Shown: positions 45,118 to 55,668, counted from the stretch's first letter. The stretch is 64,000 nt of DNA from Phycisphaerales bacterium (GCA_041742635.1 JBGSIF010000175.1:52-64051), one strand, 5' to 3'. The notes: generated by a model not told the origin, from the sequence alone. Translations and numbers: made by a program.

Positions 45118-46347
45118 ATGTCATCATACCGAAGCGAGCGCGAGAGCGCTGGCGGGGGCGATCAATCGATCCGCCCGACGCCGAGGTTACAACCACACAC
45201 GACATCGCCGCCGGGCGTCGTACCGACGTCGGCGGTGGCGGCGTACCTCAACGCGCTGGAACCCGTGTGCGTATTGATCGTGTCAAGAAACCCTATATGG
45301 CAGGCGAGGCTGCGCGAGGCGTCGTTGGCGCTGCGCGTGCTGCCGGTGGTGTGTACGACGGCGGCGCGGGCGTGCGAACGGCTGCTGGAACATGCACGAG
45401 CGGGGGATGAGTGGGTACCGATCGTGGCGATCGATGCATCGCTGGGCGAGGGTGCGGTGACGGAGATGCTGCACATGTCGGCGCGTGTGGATGCCGGGGT
45501 TGTCATGCTGTGCAACGAGCCGAGCAGGGGAGAGAAGACGGCGGTACTCAGGCACGGGATGCTGGATGTGCTGCACGAGTCGATGGAATCGCGTGAACTG
45601 GAGCGGCGGGTATCGGCCGGGGCGACGCGGGCGCGAGAACAAGCCCGCCAGAACCGGCGGGCTACCCGACTGAAACGAATCTGCCGACGGTTGTGTGACG
45701 CGCCGCGTCAAGTTGCACGACAGATGGACGCGCTTTGGACCGATCTGATGAACACGCACCGGGAGTTAGGGAAACACATGAACCAAGTAGCCATCTCCAG
45801 CGAGTTCGGCGGGCTGATCCGGCAGGAACTGGACCTGGAAGTGCTCCTGCGCACGACGCTGGAGTACATCCTGAGCAAAAGCGGGCCGACGAATGCCGCG
45901 GTGTTCCTGCCCGCGACGACCGGTGACTTTACCCTCGGGGCATACGTGAACTACGACTGCCCGAAAGAGACGGTGGATGTACTTTTGGACCACATGGCCA
46001 ATGTGGTCGCGCCGCGGTTCGAGGACGTGGCGGATGTGGCACACCTGACCGATCCGAAAGAGATCGAGGAGAAAGTCACTGGCGATGCGATGTGGATCGG
46101 CGATTCGCACATCGTGGCGTATGCCTGCCGGCATGAAGGGGAGTGTCTGGCGATCTTCTTGTTCTTCCGCGATGCGAGGTCGCCGTATTCGGAGGCGTTC
46201 GTCAGTCAGTTGCGGGTGATGCGAGACCTGTTTGCGGCGCAGTTGGCACGGGTGGTTCGGATTCACCATCGGCACTTGCCGAAGGAGAAGTGGGGCGCGC
46301 TGGGAGATCCGCCGCGAGAGGAGAATGATGAGGGGCTGGCGATGTGA
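45118..46347 (+). CDS. putative pseudo-receiver + GAF-like regulatory protein
   Basis: The N-terminal receiver-like fold lacks the acidic pair (VLIVSRNP). The central part is coiled and Arg-rich. The C-terminal region is GAF-like (LEVLLRTTLEYILSKSGPTNAAVFLP...FTLGAYVN). ATG 45118 is preceded by a GGAG. Domain calls are tentative. Confidence 0.45.
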   Translation: MSSYRSERESAGGGDQSIRPTPRLQPHTTSPPGVVPTSAVAAYLNALEPVCVLIVSRNPIWQARLREASLALRVLPVVCTTAARACERLLEHARAGDEWVPIVAIDASLGEGAVTEMLHMSARVDAGVVMLCNEPSRGEKTAVLRHGMLDVLHESMESRELERRVSAGATRAREQARQNRRATRLKRICRRLCDAPRQVARQMDALWTDLMNTHRELGKHMNQVAISSEFGGLIRQELDLEVLLRTTLEYILSKSGPTNAAVFLPATTGDFTLGAYVNYDCPKETVDVLLDHMANVVAPRFEDVADVAHLTDPKEIEEKVTGDAMWIGDSHIVAYACRHEGECLAIFLFFRDARSPYSEAFVSQLRVMRDLFAAQLARVVRIHHRHLPKEKWGALGDPPREENDEGLAM

Positions 46348-46392
46348 GGCGGACAGTGCTGGTTCGTGGAACGGTTCAACTGGACGCGTGGG

Positions 46393-48183
46393 TTACTCGG
46401 CGTTGGGTGGCTCCGCACGCCGATTCAAGCACCGCTCGATCGCATCCTTGGCACCCGATGCGGCGTCATGTTCGGAGGTATCCGCAGAAGATTGAATGAT
46501 TCGGTCGATTGCGGGGAGAAACTGCTCGATGCCGGGAGTGTCGAGGAGAGCGAGTTCTTCGACCCAATACAAGGCGTATGAGCGGATATCCGGATCCTCG
46601 TCGGCGAGGCCGATGGGGATGAATCGCCGCATCGCGTAGCGTTCCGTCGCTTCGTCGAGTCGGGCGAGGCGTTGGAACGCGCTTCGCTTCATGGGGCCAG
46701 CCTTGGTATCGACCTGTTCGGCGAGCCATTGTGGGTAGGCGGGTAGCCGGGAATGGATGTTGACGATCACGCGCGAGGCAAGGCGAGCGGTGCTTTGATC
46801 ATCGCTTTGAACCGTCTCGTAGATTCTGCCCATGATGAGCGGGTGGAGATCTTGGCGGTGTGAAGTCATCGCCAAGCCGAACAAGACTTGGGAGCGGATC
46901 TTCGGCTCCGGGTCGTTCAGACGGAAGAGAACGGCTTGTGCAATCTCGGCTCGCTCGGTATCGGGGGTGCGGGTGAGCGCATAGGTAGCCAAACCGGCTT
47001 GGTTCGAAACGCTGAGAGTGGGATAGCGAACGAGCAGGACACGGCGGACTTCTTCGGTGTGTGCGGGGATGTCAACAAGAGAGAGCGCCGCGAAGACGAC
47101 AATGTCGATCTCGGGTACCGTGAGTGCTTCGGCGAGAGAGGGGGCGGCTTGGCGAACAGCCGCGTTCATGGCCGCAACGGATTCGTCATTCATGCCCCAT
47201 GGGGAAGTCAGGTCGCTGATGATGGCAAAGGCGTCCGCACGCGTGTGAGCATCTGGTGATGAGAGCCGTTTGGCGGCGAAGCGGTAGCCCGAGATCGTGA
47301 AGGAATCGTCTTCGTCGGTGGCGGCACTCTTGATTTCGACGGCTCGCTGATAGCGGGCAAGACTCGTGGGGCGGTCAATGACAGCCGTGGCGCGGCGTGC
47401 GGCCCACCAGCGCTGCCACCCCCAGGCTTCTTCGACGTCGAGGCGGTTGACGATGGTTGATTCATCGTCGTAGTTCTGGTTGTCGATCCAATCGTCGGGG
47501 CAGTACCAGATACCGGCAATGAGTACGGTGGTGGGCAAGAGAGCCTTGGCACCGCCGGTGGGAACGCCTGCGAGGCGAGGAACCCAGAGTGCAGCAAGCA
47601 CGAGGAGGGTGCCGAAAACGATTGAAACTCGATGACGGCGAGTACGCAGGAGGTTGGCGGGTGCGAGAGCGTCGTGTCCACATTCGGGGCAAACGAAGCG
47701 GCCCGAAGCGGCCGTACCGGCCATGTCGTACCAGCACTTGGGGCAGCGTTTGCGGCCGTTCGATGAATCGCGGAAAAGCCCGCGTGCAACGACAACGAGA
47801 GCGAAGACGAAGAGGCCCGCGGCGATAGCGTGGAAGATCGTTGGGCCTTGCGGTGAATCGAAGTCTTCTCCGCTGGCGTAGCGCTGAATGGCGCGGCCGA
47901 CGAAAAAAAGGAGCAAGCACGCCGGCTGGCACGCGGCACCGACGACCAATCCGAGGAGACGCCGGCGGCGATCAGACGAGGAAGCGGCGGCATCGCCGAT
48001 TGAAGCCGCATGTGCTCTCGTGCGTCTACTTCGGATACCGCGCGAGACGAGGGAGATCCCCCAAAGCGAGAGGCACGTCGCTATGAACCACACGAGATGG
48101 TGAGCGGCGGGGAGCATTGGTAGAAGTGTAGTGTGAGGGACCGAGGCGCAGGAGTATTGCTGGCGTCCATACCGCAACGCCAT
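46393..48183 (-). CDS. membrane protein with inter-TM zinc ribbon and C-terminal HEAT-like repeats
   Basis: TM helices flank CPKCWYDMAG...FVCPECGH (CxxC...CxxC). The C-terminal 350 aa are helical-repeat-like (...DPEPKIRSQVLFGLA..., ...DEDPDIRSYALYWV...). Confidence 0.55.
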   Translation of the reverse strand: MALRYGRQQYSCASVPHTTLLPMLPAAHHLVWFIATCLSLWGISLVSRGIRSRRTRAHAASIGDAAASSSDRRRRLLGLVVGAACQPACLLLFFVGRAIQRYASGEDFDSPQGPTIFHAIAAGLFVFALVVVARGLFRDSSNGRKRCPKCWYDMAGTAASGRFVCPECGHDALAPANLLRTRRHRVSIVFGTLLVLAALWVPRLAGVPTGGAKALLPTTVLIAGIWYCPDDWIDNQNYDDESTIVNRLDVEEAWGWQRWWAARRATAVIDRPTSLARYQRAVEIKSAATDEDDSFTISGYRFAAKRLSSPDAHTRADAFAIISDLTSPWGMNDESVAAMNAAVRQAAPSLAEALTVPEIDIVVFAALSLVDIPAHTEEVRRVLLVRYPTLSVSNQAGLATYALTRTPDTERAEIAQAVLFRLNDPEPKIRSQVLFGLAMTSHRQDLHPLIMGRIYETVQSDDQSTARLASRVIVNIHSRLPAYPQWLAEQVDTKAGPMKRSAFQRLARLDEATERYAMRRFIPIGLADEDPDIRSYALYWVEELALLDTPGIEQFLPAIDRIIQSSADTSEHDAASGAKDAIERCLNRRAEPPNAE

Positions 48184-48360
48184 CGAAATGAAGATCGCTC
48201 GACGAGTTCAGGCCGTACTCGCCAAGAATCTGTGATCGCGGGGATGTGCCGCGATGCCCACGACCGGCGGGACGGGCGAGCCAATAAGAGGGATCGCATG
48301 GTTGCAAATAGTCAGTGAGGCGCTGCTGCGAGTTGGGTCACCCGAACTACAAGAGCGTGT

Positions 48361-49170
48361 TCAGAACCTCATGCTGGCTGGTTTTTCCTCCGGGGGCTTG
48401 GCGTTCAAGATAAGGCGCGCAAGGCGGATATCGGCGGCGTGGGTGATCTTGATGTTGGTCGGCTCGCCGGGGACGACCAGGACGTACTCGCCGAGGCGTT
48501 CGACGAGTTGGGCATCGTCGGTGCTGCTGAGGTCGGGCTGCGCGTACGCCCGGCGGAGCAAGTCAAGAGTGAAGACCTGCGGGGTCTGCACCTGCACGAC
48601 GCACGTACGATCGAGGGTTTGCAGGACGTGACGGCCCAGGGTTGTTTCCTCGCCGCCGAGGATGCTCGCGAGCGGATCGGCGGGCGCGAGCACGGGCTGG
48701 GGGGCGACTTTCTTGAGCGTGTCGGGGACATCAACGCCGGGGATGACGGCGGGGTGATGTTCGGCGGCGCGTAGGACACGTTCGATGAGTTCGAGCGAAG
48801 CACACGGACGCGCGGCATCGTGGACCAGAGCGTGTGTACAGGAATCAGGAACGAGTTTGAGTGCATTCTGGACGGTCTCGTAGCGGTGGGTCACGCCGCC
48901 TTGACAAAGACGGACGCCGAGGATGCCGAGTTTGTCGGCGTGCCTGTCGCGGAAGACGGCGAAGGCGGCGTTGTCGGCGGGGCCAGCGACGATGATGCAG
49001 GAGACCTCGCTCAGTTTGGTGAAGAGTTCGACGGTGCGGTGGAGGACGGGGCGACCGCCGAGGTCTTCGTCGAGTTTCGACCGGGTGATGTCGGCACCCG
49101 TCTCTTGGACAACGGAATCGGAGTAACGACGGCTGGCACCAGCGGCGGGGACGATGACGGCGAGGTTCAT
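48361..49170 (-). CDS. ispD: 2-C-methyl-D-erythritol 4-phosphate cytidylyltransferase
   Basis: AVIVPAAGASRR, VHDAARP, QTPQVF. Start at ATG 49170. Confidence 0.85.
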   Translation of the reverse strand: MNLAVIVPAAGASRRYSDSVVQETGADITRSKLDEDLGGRPVLHRTVELFTKLSEVSCIIVAGPADNAAFAVFRDRHADKLGILGVRLCQGGVTHRYETVQNALKLVPDSCTHALVHDAARPCASLELIERVLRAAEHHPAVIPGVDVPDTLKKVAPQPVLAPADPLASILGGEETTLGRHVLQTLDRTCVVQVQTPQVFTLDLLRRAYAQPDLSSTDDAQLVERLGEYVLVVPGEPTNIKITHAADIRLARLILNAKPPEEKPASMRF

Positions 49171-49240
49171 ATTGCAAGAGCGTACGCCGCTCGGCATTTC
49201 GCTCAAGCGAGTTCGAGGCCTGCACGTCCTACAGTCGGAT

Positions 49241-49642
49241 GTGTATGAGTTGACGGTACAACGCGTGTTTTCGGCGGCTCACGCGATCAACATCCGCGGG
49301 GTTCGAGAAACACTGCACGGGCATGACTGGCATGTCACGGTCGCAATGACGGGGGATTCGCTCGACGACGATGGGCTTCTCGTTGATTTTCATGTGCTCG
49401 AACGGGTCGTTGACGAAGTGATCGCCCCCTTCCGGAACACGAACTTGAATGCGGCGCCCCCGTTTGATCGATTGAATCCGACGGCTGAAAATGTGGCGTC
49501 ATATTTCGGACGGGCGATAGAAAGAGGATTACACGCGGCCATGCGCGGGACTGATGACGCGGCTGCGTCGACGACGAGGCTGGCGTGGGTACGTGTGACC
49601 GAAGCACCCGGATGTGCGGTGACGTACCGCCTCGTTCCGTGA
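49241..49642 (+). CDS. queD: 6-carboxytetrahydropterin synthase / 6-pyruvoyl-tetrahydropterin synthase family
   Basis: FSAAH......LHGHDWHV, DDGLLVDF and the family length fit. GTG 49241 is chosen to avoid overlap with ispD, so the start is uncertain. Confidence 0.7.
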   Translation: MYELTVQRVFSAAHAINIRGVRETLHGHDWHVTVAMTGDSLDDDGLLVDFHVLERVVDEVIAPFRNTNLNAAPPFDRLNPTAENVASYFGRAIERGLHAAMRGTDDAAASTTRLAWVRVTEAPGCAVTYRLVP

Positions 49643-49868
49643 TCGGGCAGGTAAACAATGCAGCGTGGGGCAAATGACGCGGGGCGGATGGTGCCGAGGC
49701 AGGACGAGGGGGGCGGCGTGGGAGAAGCAAGCCGTGAGTTCAGGAACGAGTAGAGCGGATCAACGTGTGGCGACCGGTGAGGCAACGCCGTCGAACGCGA
49801 GCGTGCCGGCGTTGCCGATCGAAGGCGTCGCGGGGAACGTGGCGGAGGATGCGTGCGCGGGAGCAAGC

Positions 49869-52031
49869 ATGGCGAACGCAAGCCGACCGGATGCGACGGC
49901 GAACGGGCGCGTGTTCAACCGCGATCTCTCGTGGCTGGAGTTCAATCGACGTGTGCTGCACCAATCCACGGACGTGCGGACGCCGTTGCTAGAGCGGGTG
50001 AGGTTCCTGGCGATCTTTTCGTCGAACCTGGATGAGTTCGTGATGAAGCGGCTCGGCGCACTGAAGCGCCGGATCACACAGGGAATCCTCAGTCCGGATC
50101 AGGACGGATTGGCGGCCGGGGTGCTGCTCTCGGCGATGCGCTCGACGACGCGCGAGTTGCAGTCAAAGCAGGCAGAGATCTACGAAAAAGAAGTGAAGCC
50201 CGCGCTGCGCAAACAGGGGATCGACATTGTCGAGTATCTGGACCTGAGCGAAGCGGAACGGACGTGGATCGATCGGTGGTACCGGACGAACGTGTTCCCG
50301 GTGTTGACACCGTTGTCGGTGGACCCGGGGCACCGGTTCCCGTTTATATCGAACTTGTCGAGAAACTTCGGGGTGCTGCTGGCGGAGCCGGGCCGGTTTG
50401 AGCCGATGTTTGCGCGGGTGAAAGTGCCGAGCGTGCTACCGCAGTGGATCATGGTGCCAGAGACACCACTAGAAGGCGCGGCGGCCCCTGCGGCGACGGG
50501 CACGGGGCGGTTTGTGAATCTGCGTGATGTCATCAAATACAACTTGGATGACTTATTCCCAGGGATGCAGATCACGGAGGTGGTGCCGTTCCGGGTGACG
50601 CGAGACGCCGAACCGGAAGCAGACGAGCCGGACGACGACGACGATTCGGACGACACGCTGCTGGAACAGGTGGAAGAGCAACTGCGTCGTCGTCGGTTTG
50701 CGAACACGGTGCGGCTGGAGATCGGTCCCGGCGCGTCGGAGACGATGCTGGGGCATCTGAGCGAGCAACTGGAGTTGACTCCGGACGATATCGACGAGCG
50801 GGGTGGACTGCTGGATTACACAACACTGACGGAGATCGCGGAGTTGCCCCGTGCGGACCTTCAGTGGCCGAAATGGACGCCGGTGATCCCGAAACGACTG
50901 GACGAAGATGGAACTGACATTTTCTCAATCATCCGGCGAGGGGATGTGCTGGTGCATCACCCGTATGAATCGTTCGAGGCGAGCGCGGTGCGGTTCATCA
51001 CGGACGCCGCACGGGATCCGAACGTGCTGGCGATCAAACAAACGATCTATCGCACGAGCGGGGACTCGACGTTTGTGTCGTCGCTGATCCGAGCGGCGGA
51101 GGCGGGAAAGCAGGTGGCGGTGCTGGTCGAACTGCGGGCCCGGTTCGATGAGCAACGGAACGTAAAGTTCGCGCGGATGCTGGAAAAGGCCGGGGCGCAC
51201 GTGGCGTATGGTGTGATCGGGCTGAAGACGCACTGCAAAGCCGCGCTGGTCGTTCGGCGTGAAGAGGGCGGGATCCGAACCTACGCGCACCTCGGGACGG
51301 GCAACTATCACACCCGCACGGCACAGTTGTACACAGACCTGGGGCTGCTGACGTGCAACCCGGCGGTGACGGACGATGTGATCGAGATGTTCAACCTGCT
51401 CACCGGGCGCTCGCGGCAGGATACGTTCGAGACGGTGCTGGTCGCGCCGATGAACATGAAAGCCCGGTTCATCGAGTTGATCGAGCGTGAGATCCGCGTG
51501 GCGCGGGAGTACGCCAACGGGAATTCCAAGGTCGGTGGGCGCATCATCGCCAAGATGAACGCGATGGCGGATCAGGACGTAACGGAGAAGTTGTACGAAG
51601 CATCGCAGGCGGGGGTCCAGATCACGCTGTTCGTGCGCGGGTTCTGCTGTCTCAGGCCGGGGGTGGCCGGGATGAGCGAGAATATCCAGGTGATCTCGGT
51701 CATCGGGCGGTTCCTGGAGCATTCGAGGTTTGTGCATTTCGGCGCGGGCCGGCCGGATCCGCTCGACGGGGATTGGTACATCTCGTCGGCGGATTGGATG
51801 TACCGGAACTTGAACAACCGTGTCGAGGCCGCGTGCCCGGTGACGGATCGTGCGTCGCGCGCACAGTTATGGAAGATCGCAACGATTATGCTCGAAGACG
51901 CACGGTCGGCGTGGGAACTCGGGGCGGACGGGTCGTACCAGTTGCGGACGCCCCCGGCGTCGCTGCCGGCAGATTCCGTGGCGATGCTCGGCACGTTCGG
52001 GACACTGATGCGTCAAGCCAAACGGGGATGA
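49869..52031 (+). CDS. ppk: polyphosphate kinase 1
   Basis: FNRDLSWLEFNRRVL, two HKD-like regions (GLKTHCKAALVVR, GRFLEHSRF). Confidence 0.9.
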   Translation: MANASRPDATANGRVFNRDLSWLEFNRRVLHQSTDVRTPLLERVRFLAIFSSNLDEFVMKRLGALKRRITQGILSPDQDGLAAGVLLSAMRSTTRELQSKQAEIYEKEVKPALRKQGIDIVEYLDLSEAERTWIDRWYRTNVFPVLTPLSVDPGHRFPFISNLSRNFGVLLAEPGRFEPMFARVKVPSVLPQWIMVPETPLEGAAAPAATGTGRFVNLRDVIKYNLDDLFPGMQITEVVPFRVTRDAEPEADEPDDDDDSDDTLLEQVEEQLRRRRFANTVRLEIGPGASETMLGHLSEQLELTPDDIDERGGLLDYTTLTEIAELPRADLQWPKWTPVIPKRLDEDGTDIFSIIRRGDVLVHHPYESFEASAVRFITDAARDPNVLAIKQTIYRTSGDSTFVSSLIRAAEAGKQVAVLVELRARFDEQRNVKFARMLEKAGAHVAYGVIGLKTHCKAALVVRREEGGIRTYAHLGTGNYHTRTAQLYTDLGLLTCNPAVTDDVIEMFNLLTGRSRQDTFETVLVAPMNMKARFIELIEREIRVAREYANGNSKVGGRIIAKMNAMADQDVTEKLYEASQAGVQITLFVRGFCCLRPGVAGMSENIQVISVIGRFLEHSRFVHFGAGRPDPLDGDWYISSADWMYRNLNNRVEAACPVTDRASRAQLWKIATIMLEDARSAWELGADGSYQLRTPPASLPADSVAMLGTFGTLMRQAKRG

Positions 52032-52064
52032 AGAAGGAGGGCGGGTGCTGGAGCAACGTCGGGA

Positions 52065-52265
52065 TCACCCGCCGCCGACGAGGGTGACGATCTCGACTTG
52101 ATCGCCATCACGGAGCGGAGCGAAAGGATGGCGTGCTTTGGGAACCAGTTCACGGTTGAGTTCGACCGCGCACGGAGACCGGGACAGCCCCAGTTGGTGC
52201 AGCAGCGATTCAACCGTCGAGCCATCGGCAATGTCCATCGGCTTGTTGTTCAGGGTGATCGTCAT
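52065..52265 (-). CDS. thiS: sulfur carrier protein ThiS
   Basis: 66 aa ending in VEIVTLVGGG. Confidence 0.8.
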   Translation of the reverse strand: MTITLNNKPMDIADGSTVESLLHQLGLSRSPCAVELNRELVPKARHPFAPLRDGDQVEIVTLVGGG

Positions 52266-52361
52266 GTGCTGGGCCATCTGTATGTGGGACCGATTCAACC
52301 CGGATCGTATCGGCGCGACGCACTGCTTCGAATGGAAACTCGACGCCAGCGACACTCAGGA

Positions 52362-53168
52362 TCAGCGAGGCTTGATCGCCCATACCACCCAGACACGATG
52401 GGTAATACTGACGGGATCGGGGGCACGTTCGGCAAGCATGTCCCGCAAGTCGTCATCGAACACCTTGACCCGATCGGGGGGGAGCGATGCGCCGACGCCG
52501 TTGCAGGTGCGCATGCGCCCCCGCCATGCTTCGTGTGAAAACACTTGCTCATGTTCGAAGGAGAACTGTTCGACGCAAGAGAACCCGGCGGCGGGTAGGT
52601 CGTGCAGGGGCTTGAGGTGGCAGCCGTTTCCGTTGGCGAGCGGCCAAGTGGGGTTGTACTTCAGGATGAGGCCTTCGGTCGCGCCGGCAACCGTGGAACG
52701 ACCGGGGAGGTAGTCGAAGGAGACGGTCAGGATGATGCCGCCAGGCCTGAGGACTCGCATGGCTTCGGCACCGGCCCGGATCGGATCGAACCAATGCCAC
52801 GCTTGGCTGGCGAGGAAGAGGTCGATCGACTGGTCGGGCAGGGTGGTAGCCTCGGCGGTTCCGACAATGGTGCGGAAGGTGAGTCCGGCTTCGCGCGCGA
52901 GGCGCGACGCCTGGGCGAGTTGTGGTTCGGCGGGGTCGATGGCCGCGACGCACGCCCCTCGACGGGCGAGTTCGATGGACACAAGCCCGGTCCCCGCGCC
53001 GACATCCGCGGCGTGCAAGCCCTCCAGACGAACGATCTGGGCGAGTCGTTCGTAGAAAGCCTGTGGTGGGCCGGGACGGAATCGGGCGTAGTCGTCGCTG
53101 GTGCGCCCGAAATCCACGGCGGCACGGAGTTCGGACGTGACAGCACGCTCTTTGGGTACGGTTGTCAT
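52362..53168 (-). CDS. class I SAM-dependent methyltransferase
   Basis: Motif I: ADVGAGTGLVSIELARRG. Post-I: AIDP. Motif II-like: DLFLASQAWHWF. Confidence 0.8.
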   Translation of the reverse strand: MTTVPKERAVTSELRAAVDFGRTSDDYARFRPGPPQAFYERLAQIVRLEGLHAADVGAGTGLVSIELARRGACVAAIDPAEPQLAQASRLAREAGLTFRTIVGTAEATTLPDQSIDLFLASQAWHWFDPIRAGAEAMRVLRPGGIILTVSFDYLPGRSTVAGATEGLILKYNPTWPLANGNGCHLKPLHDLPAAGFSCVEQFSFEHEQVFSHEAWRGRMRTCNGVGASLPPDRVKVFDDDLRDMLAERAPDPVSITHRVWVVWAIKPR

Positions 53169-53484
53169 TACACAAGGATAGGAAAGCGGCACCGATTGAA
53201 CCGCTCGTGCCGTGTGTATCCCGCATGATGGCTGTGTGGTTTGACACAAGGACGAGGAGCGAATCGAAGAAAACGACTGTCAGACGTGGTCGGCATACGG
53301 CGGCTTGAGAGCGAGCGAGGGAGGGGAACGGGTCCGGCGCGTGCGGCAGGATCCGTACAGTCGCCCGATGTCGCCCAGCCGCTGCCGACTTTGGGGAAAG
53401 TAGGCTGCACCGATCGGCAGAATTGGCCGATCGAAGCGAGAGTGAATGTTGTTTCCGATCCTTGTCGCCGCGGAGTGCCAGTAC

Positions 53485-55668
53485 ATGCGTAGCGCCATAA
53501 CCAAGTTCGTACCATGGCGAGCAGCGATTGCTGGAGGGGCCATCGCGGCAATATCCGCCTGCCCCGCATCAGGCCAACAAGTCCCGGCCCCGGAAACGGG
53601 GACGCGGGTAGTGAACGTGGGTATCAACGGGGATCGATTCCGAATCAATGATGCGGAGAATGGTTTCGAGATCATGCCGCTGGGGTACCCGGCGTACGAG
53701 CCGTTGGACCCTCTGGACTCGCAGGTGGAGTTCCGCGAGCAGCCGTCGGGGCTTGATATCGTCTACACGCTGACCAACTCGGGCACACAGCCGGCGCGGA
53801 TGGGGACGTTCTCGTTCGGGAAACTGAACCTGGGAAACAACATCACGTACCAGGATTTCCGGCACATCGGCGAGCCGATCGTTGCGGACTACAACAACTT
53901 TGCGGCGCAGGCGTTCACCTACCCGAACGATTTGTACTCGCCGGTGTGGGTGGTTCGCAACGCGGACTATGCGGTGAGCCTGAGCCTGCAATACCCGGTG
54001 CTGGACTACCAACACGACGTGCGCATCATGATGCGGAGCACATCAGCGACGGCGGACCCGGCGGTCTACGGCCCGCGCGGGTGGATCGTCGAGTTCCGGT
54101 TCGGCAATGTTGGCAACGAGAATCAATGGGCACGGATCCCGCGCGAGGGGATCCTCCCCGCAGGTGAAAGCCGGACGTATGTCATGTCGCTCCGAGTGAC
54201 CAAGACGCCTAATGACTGGATCCGGCTTCTGGTGCCGTATCGCAACTATTTCAAGGGGATGTACGGCGCGGTGACGTACCGGCGGGACGACCGCCCGGTG
54301 CGTCCCGTACTGATGGCGGTGGAGCACAACATCTCAACGGGGAATCCGAGGGGATGGGCGGGGTATCCGAACCAGCGTCCGGATCGGTATTCGTTCCGAC
54401 CGTGGATGGACTACATCAAGTCGGAGCCGAAGTGGTCGCGGGTGATGTTCTGGGCACCGACGGGCTTGTATAACGAGCAGACGGACTTGAACTATCCGTT
54501 CCAGTTCGCGTCGCCGTGGGCGGATGATGCGCAGCTCGCATCGGCACTGGATCCGCAGCACGGGTTCCCAAGCCTTCCGACGGCGGGGATGACGCTTGGG
54601 CTGTGGTGGGGACGTGCGCTGCAGGTATCGCGTGCGTGGAACCCGAGCGTGGTCGAGCACTTCGATCCGGCCAACCGCGACCACCGCGAAGCCGCCTTGC
54701 GGGAGATGGACATCGCGGTGCAAGCCGGCGCGACGGATATCGGGCTGGATACGTTCCACACGATGCTGACGCCGATCTGGAAGTTGTACCCGTGGCTACG
54801 GACGCTCCGGGAGCGGTACCCGACGGTAAAGTTCTGCATCGAGCCGGACCAGTGCGACATCCTGCACACCCAAGCGGCGATGTTCATCTCGGGCTGGCAC
54901 CCGCAGATGCCCGCGGACGGCGGGATCGACTGGAGTACGCTCTCGAATCAGCACTACCTCGCCGACCTGCTCAATCCCGGGCACGAGTCTTGGGGCGCGA
55001 TGTCGTACCACGTCCACCGAGCGCACGGGGTTGTGATCACGCCGAGCGCGATGCAGGCGCAGGCAGAACGGATCGCACAACTCGGGTACGTGCCGGTGAT
55101 GTTTGAAGATGTGCCGGACCCGCGCGAAGTCCGCGCGAAGGACAGTTGGATGGACTCGGTGCCGCACGACCTGCTGCGCGGCTCTGGATGGAATATCAAC
55201 TTCAACCAGAATGTCGTCACCCGCGGGTCCGACGGACGCATGAAAATCGTGAACGCGAGCGGCGTGGCCCGCCCCGGCTCGGCCCCGGCCGACAGCGCCG
55301 AGACTCTGCCCGACGCGAGCGAGCACTCCACCGAGCCGGATTCCACGAACCCTCCGGCGGGAAACGCGGATGAGAATCCCACGTACGCTGCCTCATCAAG
55401 TTCGCCAACCAAAGTCGTGATCGTTCGCTCGGGCGAAAAACGCAAGCCGGGGGCGAAAGGCTCCCGCGTGGGCAGCAATGGACGCCCGAGCGTCCCGACC
55501 AAAGGCTCACGCAGTTCGTCGTACCCTCGATCGCGCAGCGGGCAAGGGGTGTCGGCGGCGGCGCTGGCCCGCGCCGGGTTGCTCGGCAAATCGATGAGTT
55601 CCGTCAGCCGGGCGCAGGTACAGGCGGCGATCGAACGCCTGTCCACACCATCGCCGGGTGCGAACTAA
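53485..55668 (+). CDS. exported hypothetical protein (727 aa) with disordered Ser/Arg/Lys-rich C-terminal tail
   Basis: Signal-like N-terminus (AIAGGAIAAISACPASGQQ). A large globular region with no motif I recognise. The last ~170 aa are low-complexity. Confidence 0.55.
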   Translation: MRSAITKFVPWRAAIAGGAIAAISACPASGQQVPAPETGTRVVNVGINGDRFRINDAENGFEIMPLGYPAYEPLDPLDSQVEFREQPSGLDIVYTLTNSGTQPARMGTFSFGKLNLGNNITYQDFRHIGEPIVADYNNFAAQAFTYPNDLYSPVWVVRNADYAVSLSLQYPVLDYQHDVRIMMRSTSATADPAVYGPRGWIVEFRFGNVGNENQWARIPREGILPAGESRTYVMSLRVTKTPNDWIRLLVPYRNYFKGMYGAVTYRRDDRPVRPVLMAVEHNISTGNPRGWAGYPNQRPDRYSFRPWMDYIKSEPKWSRVMFWAPTGLYNEQTDLNYPFQFASPWADDAQLASALDPQHGFPSLPTAGMTLGLWWGRALQVSRAWNPSVVEHFDPANRDHREAALREMDIAVQAGATDIGLDTFHTMLTPIWKLYPWLRTLRERYPTVKFCIEPDQCDILHTQAAMFISGWHPQMPADGGIDWSTLSNQHYLADLLNPGHESWGAMSYHVHRAHGVVITPSAMQAQAERIAQLGYVPVMFEDVPDPREVRAKDSWMDSVPHDLLRGSGWNINFNQNVVTRGSDGRMKIVNASGVARPGSAPADSAETLPDASEHSTEPDSTNPPAGNADENPTYAASSSSPTKVVIVRSGEKRKPGAKGSRVGSNGRPSVPTKGSRSSSYPRSRSGQGVSAAALARAGLLGKSMSSVSRAQVQAAIERLSTPSPGAN

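Noticed and set aside
52266-52361. A TPP riboswitch upstream of thiS, and likewise in the 56718-56763 spacer before thiG.
   Set aside because: I found no CUGAGA ... ACCUGAUCUGGAUAAUGCCAGCG-type core. The thiG spacer is only 46 nt, too short for the ~100-nt aptamer.
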